This document shows, piece after piece, positions 59,903 through 64,000 of a stretch of DNA of 64,000 nt. The first letter of the stretch is position 1, and every line of letters begins with the position of its first letter. The DNA is from an uncultured Flavobacteriaceae bacterium (GTDB taxonomy: Bacteria > Bacteroidota > Bacteroidia > Flavobacteriales > Flavobacteriaceae). The stretch lies in NCBI GenBank assembly GCA_963842105.1, contig CAWJFH010000025.1, positions 1,840 to 65,839 on the forward strand, in the 5' to 3' direction. The notes beneath the pieces are model-generated. The model saw nothing but the letters and a program-made list of their open reading frames with translations, did no database searches and was not told the origin of the DNA. Position numbers and translations under genes: made by a program.

Positions 59903-61930
59903 ATGAACAAGGAAATAGATCAATTAGCGGCAGATAATATTAGGGCCTTGGCCGTGGCCATGGTAGAAAAGGCAAATTCCGGTCACCCTGGTGGACCTAT
60001 GGGTGGGGCAGATTATATGCACATTTTATATTCGGAGTTTTTCAATTACGATCCTTCTGATATGCATTGGCCTTTCCGTGACCGTTTCTTTATGGATGCG
60101 GGACACTTATCTACGTTAATGTACGCCCAGTATTATTTATTGGGAAATTTTGAAAAAGATGATGTTGCCAACTTTAGGCAATGGAAATCCGTTACTCCAG
60201 GTCACCCAGAAGTGGATGTTGCCCGAGGAATAGAGAATACTTCAGGACCATTAGGTCAAGGACATACCATGGGTGTTGGCGCCGCTATTGCCGCCAATTT
60301 CCTAAAAGCACGATTCGGTGATTGGATGAACCACAAAATATATGGTTTTATATCTGATGGTGGAGTGCAGGAAGAGATATCACAAGGAGCGGGAAGAATT
60401 GCAGGTCACTTAGGGCTAAGTAATTTTATCATGTTCTACGATTCCAATGATGTGCAATTATCTTCGAAGACCGATGAGGTGACTTCTGAGAATACGGCCA
60501 TGAAATATGAAGCTTGGGGCTGGAATGTTGTGACCATTGATGGTCATGACCATGAACAAATTAGAAAAGCATTAAAGGATGCCAATGCGGAAACCGAAAA
60601 ACCAACCTTGATCATAGGTCATACGATTATGGGTAAAGGTTGTGTAACGGCAGATGGTTCATCTTACGAAGGATATACAGAGTTACATGGTAAGCCTATT
60701 GGCGATACCGGTGCTGACTATGCAAAAACCTTAGAAAATCTAGGAGCGGACGTTGACAATCCTTTCGATATCTTCGAGAAGGTTAGTGAGTTTTACGAAG
60801 ATGTAATTAACCGTAAAAAAGAGGAAGCTCAAGAAAAGAAAAAGGAAATCGATGCGTGGAGAGCTGATAATAATGACCTATCCACAAAATTGGATAATTT
60901 CTTGGAAGGTAAATTGCCAGAATTGGATTTCAGTTCCGTAGCTCAAAAAGACGGACAAGCAACACGTGCGGCTTCTTCAAACGTTTTAGCATATTTAGCG
61001 GAGAAAGTGGAAAACATGATTGTTTCCTCGGCAGATTTATCCAATAGTGATAAAACGGACGGATTCTTAAAGAAAACACACATCCTTAAAAAAGGGGATT
61101 TCTCAGGTGCCTTTTTACAAGCGGGTGTAGCGGAGTTGACCATGGCGACAATAGCCAACGGTATTGCATTGCATGGTGGTATTATTCCAGTAGTAGCAAC
61201 GTTCTTCGTATTCTCTGATTATATGAAGCCGGCCATTCGTTTAAGTGCAATCCAGGAATTGCCTGTGAAATTCGTTTGGACGCATGATGCCTTTAGGGTA
61301 GGGGAAGATGGACCAACCCACCAGCCGATTGAGCAAGAAGCTCAAATTCGATTGTTGGAAAAATTAAAGAACCACAGCCATGAACAAAGTTTCTTGGCTT
61401 TACGTCCTGCAGATTCCCAAGAAACGAATGTGGCTTGGAAAATGGCGATGGAGAATACCAAAACGCCAACCGGTTTAATTCTTTCCAGACAAGGAATTAA
61501 AGATGTTCCTGCCCAAAGTGGAACTCGTTATGAAGCGGCTTTAGGTGCTGAAAAAGGAGGATATTTGGTTCAGGAAGTGGCAAATCCAGATGTGATTTTA
61601 ATTGCCAATGGTTCTGAAGTATCCACTTTGGTAGCTGCGGCCAAGCATTTGGAGGAAGATGGATTAAAGGTAAATATCGCCTCGATTCCATCCGAAGGTA
61701 TTTTTAGACAACAACCAGAATCTTACCAAGAAAAAGTAATTCCGCCAAACAAGCCTATTTTTGGTTTGACCGCTGGTTTACCAGTAAACTTGGAAGGATT
61801 GGCCGGAGCGAACGGTAAAGTATTTGGATTGGAGCATTTTGGCTATTCTGCACCTGCAGAAGTGTTGGATGAAAAATTCGGATTCACCGGAGAGCAAGTA
61901 TATAAGGAAGTAACAGATTTTTTAAACTAA
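59903..61930 (+). CDS. tkt: Transketolase
   Basis: SGHPG, TPGHPE, GPLGQG, GEDGPTHQP. Confidence 0.96.
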   Translation: MNKEIDQLAADNIRALAVAMVEKANSGHPGGPMGGADYMHILYSEFFNYDPSDMHWPFRDRFFMDAGHLSTLMYAQYYLLGNFEKDDVANFRQWKSVTPGHPEVDVARGIENTSGPLGQGHTMGVGAAIAANFLKARFGDWMNHKIYGFISDGGVQEEISQGAGRIAGHLGLSNFIMFYDSNDVQLSSKTDEVTSENTAMKYEAWGWNVVTIDGHDHEQIRKALKDANAETEKPTLIIGHTIMGKGCVTADGSSYEGYTELHGKPIGDTGADYAKTLENLGADVDNPFDIFEKVSEFYEDVINRKKEEAQEKKKEIDAWRADNNDLSTKLDNFLEGKLPELDFSSVAQKDGQATRAASSNVLAYLAEKVENMIVSSADLSNSDKTDGFLKKTHILKKGDFSGAFLQAGVAELTMATIANGIALHGGIIPVVATFFVFSDYMKPAIRLSAIQELPVKFVWTHDAFRVGEDGPTHQPIEQEAQIRLLEKLKNHSHEQSFLALRPADSQETNVAWKMAMENTKTPTGLILSRQGIKDVPAQSGTRYEAALGAEKGGYLVQEVANPDVILIANGSEVSTLVAAAKHLEEDGLKVNIASIPSEGIFRQQPESYQEKVIPPNKPIFGLTAGLPVNLEGLAGANGKVFGLEHFGYSAPAEVLDEKFGFTGEQVYKEVTDFLN

Positions 61931-61949
61931 TATTAAAATAAGATAACAG

Positions 61950-62603
61950 ATGAAATTTTTTATAGATACAGCGAATTTAGACGAGATTAAGGAAGCTCAG
62001 GATATGGGTATTTTGGATGGTGTAACAACCAATCCATCCTTAATGGCCAAAGAAGGTATTACCGGAAAAGACAATATCCTGGCACATTACAAAAAGATTT
62101 GTGATATTGTGGAGGGTGATGTTAGTGCTGAGGTGGTTTCTACCGATTTTGACGGAATGGTAAAGGAAGGTGAGGAGTTGGTGAAAATCAGCCCACAAAT
62201 CGTTATCAAGGTTCCTATGATCAAAGAAGGGGTAAAGGCTATTAAATACTTCTCTGATAAAGGGTACAGAACCAACTGTACGTTGGTATTTTCAGTAGGA
62301 CAGGCTTTATTGGCTGCAAAGGCAGGAGCAACCTATGTATCTCCATTTATTGGTCGTTTAGACGATATCTCAACCGATGGTTTAGGCTTGATTGCCGATA
62401 TTCGTTTGATTTACGATAATTACGGATACGAAACCCAAATTTTAGCAGCTTCTGTGCGCCACGTAATGCACATTATCGATTGTGCTAAAATAGGTGCTGA
62501 TGTAATGACTGGAGGTTTAAGTTCCATTACTGGATTATTGAAGCACCCATTGACAGATAGTGGTTTAGAGAAATTCTTGGCCGATTATAACAAGGGTAAC
62601 TAG
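61950..62603 (+). CDS. tal: Transaldolase (Fsa/TalC family)
   Basis: [30 protein letters not shown]. Confidence 0.92.
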   Translation: MKFFIDTANLDEIKEAQDMGILDGVTTNPSLMAKEGITGKDNILAHYKKICDIVEGDVSAEVVSTDFDGMVKEGEELVKISPQIVIKVPMIKEGVKAIKYFSDKGYRTNCTLVFSVGQALLAAKAGATYVSPFIGRLDDISTDGLGLIADIRLIYDNYGYETQILAASVRHVMHIIDCAKIGADVMTGGLSSITGLLKHPLTDSGLEKFLADYNKGN

Positions 62604-62624
62604 TCTTAATATATTATACTAAGT

Positions 62625-62656
62625 AAAAAGCATCACTTTTAAGTGATGCTTTTTTT
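62625..62656 (+). terminator. Intrinsic terminator of tkt-tal
   Basis: AAAAAGCATCACTT-TT-AAGTGATGCTTTTTTT. Confidence 0.85.
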
Positions 62657-62750
62657 GCTTTATATTAGTGGTGATTTACCACATGGTTATAAAGGAGATT
62701 TCCTTATTTCGTAAAAGAATTAAAAACCTTTAGAACAGTAGCCATTCATA

Positions 62751-63377
62751 TTGAACAACATAAAACTGGAAGCTCTAATGATGATTGACCATTTTCGCTT
62801 TAATTTATTGTATTTGACTTTTCTTCTATGTATGGGGGTCGGCAAAGCCCAAGAAACTATTGTGGAGTGGTCGCCCGATACTTCTTTGAAATTAGAGGAT
62901 TTTCAATCTCTCCAAACGAAAATAAACGACCGTTTGAATTCGGTATTTTTACAATCAGGGGTGCAGATCAATATGGGATTCCAGATGTCTAATATTACCT
63001 TTATGTTCACCAAGAATTTCAATTCTAAAATCACCTGTAGTTTTCATAAAGAAGCAGCTTCTTTAATGGCCACTGATAGTGTAAAGGCGCAACAACTGGT
63101 GGCATTGGCCCAATTCGATTTTGATTTATCGGAATTGTATACCCGTAAAATACGTAAGCAATTGTACGAGAATAAAAAGGCATTTTCTAATGTATCGTTC
63201 TTTCAGCCCTATTTTGATAAAATGATTGCAGAACGAAATCAGGTGAGTTCGGAAACTTATGAAGCATCTGATTTTGGAAATAACGGCCTCTATCTGGAAG
63301 AAAAACATGCCCAAATAAAACAGGAAATACAACAATTGAAAGACTATTGTAAAGAATGCAAGCCCTCAAAAAAATGA
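62751..63377 (+). CDS. Hypothetical exported protein
   Basis: 208-aa ORF, signal-like segment ending GKA-Q; true start may be the ATG near 62778. Confidence 0.65.
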   Translation: MNNIKLEALMMIDHFRFNLLYLTFLLCMGVGKAQETIVEWSPDTSLKLEDFQSLQTKINDRLNSVFLQSGVQINMGFQMSNITFMFTKNFNSKITCSFHKEAASLMATDSVKAQQLVALAQFDFDLSELYTRKIRKQLYENKKAFSNVSFFQPYFDKMIAERNQVSSETYEASDFGNNGLYLEEKHAQIKQEIQQLKDYCKECKPSKK

Positions 63378-64000
63378 AAGAATACAGTTTAAGGAACCAA
63401 GGCCTTCGATTTTTTATGATTTGTGGCTTAAGCATAGTGCTCTTGGCCTGTCAAGAAAATGTCAAGGAAAAGAAGGCTGATGCATTGTACAGCTGCCCAA
63501 AAGGAAACGGAATCCAAAGCGTTAGTAATCATACACTATTGGTCAAAAACCGGATAGTATTGCAACCCCTGAAGGAATGGTCTGGGTACCTGGTGCAACT
63601 TTTAGCCAAGGTGCGGTAGCAGGAGATAAAATGGCAATGGCCCATGAAAAACCGGCAATAGAAGTCACGGTTGACGGATTTTTTATGGATGCTACAGAAG
63701 TCACCAATGCAGAATTCCAAAAATTCGTAAAGGAAACCGGATACATTACGGTAGCCGAAAGGGCATTGGATTGGGAGGAAATTAAAAAACAAGTACCGGA
63801 AGGCACTCCAAAACCGCATGATTCCATTTTAAAACCAGGTTCGCTAACGTTTAAAAAATCGAAATCGTCAGTACCCAATCTATATGATTTTTCACAATGG
63901 TGGACGTGGACCATTGGTGCGAGTTGGAAGCATCCTAACGGTCCTGAAAGTACCATTCTTGGAAAAGAAGATTACCCTGTGGTGCAAATAGCTTATGAAG
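63374..64000 (+). CDS. Formylglycine-generating-enzyme (FGE-sulfatase) domain lipoprotein, frameshifted, runs off window
   Basis: Lipobox LLAC; other frames give PEGMVWVPG, HEKP...DATEVTNAEFQKFVKETGY, GASWKHPNGP...DYPVVQIAYE. Confidence 0.8.

Overview
Chromosomal segment of a marine-type Flavobacteriaceae (Bacteroidota; TAnnTTTG-type -7 promoter elements, fused ccoNO). No rRNA, tRNA, CRISPR or intact transposase seen. Four blocks: (1) 1-14.9 kb and 43.2-56.9 kb: hypoxia/dormancy island with eight universal stress proteins, a FixL-like PAS kinase with a REC-cNMP-Crp-HTH response regulator, a cation P-type ATPase, an atypical sigma-70-like protein, hemN, the cbb3 oxidase cluster and an FNR-like regulator. 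(2) 15.1-26.1 kb: Tat-signal TldD/TldE protease followed by DUF4159-MoxR-DUF58-BatA-membrane proteins. (3) 26.1-43.1 kb: sulfide/thiosulfate island (SQR, three CstB-like persulfide dioxygenases, TsdA, porin, exported DsrE, YeeE pair, TauE, cytochrome bd, Crp/Fnr regulator). (4) 57-64 kb: rpiA, tkt, tal and neighbours. Main result, read by eye: two palindromic operators, each almost always 22 nt upstream of a -7 element. Box A, (A/C)TGAY-N4-RTCA(T/G), has 13 copies in front of hypoxia genes. Box B, GTAAC-N4-GTTAC, has 9 copies only in the sulfur island and matches the NtcA-type recognition helix of the local Cys-rich Crp regulator. About a dozen genes are split by single-base indels, most likely assembly errors.
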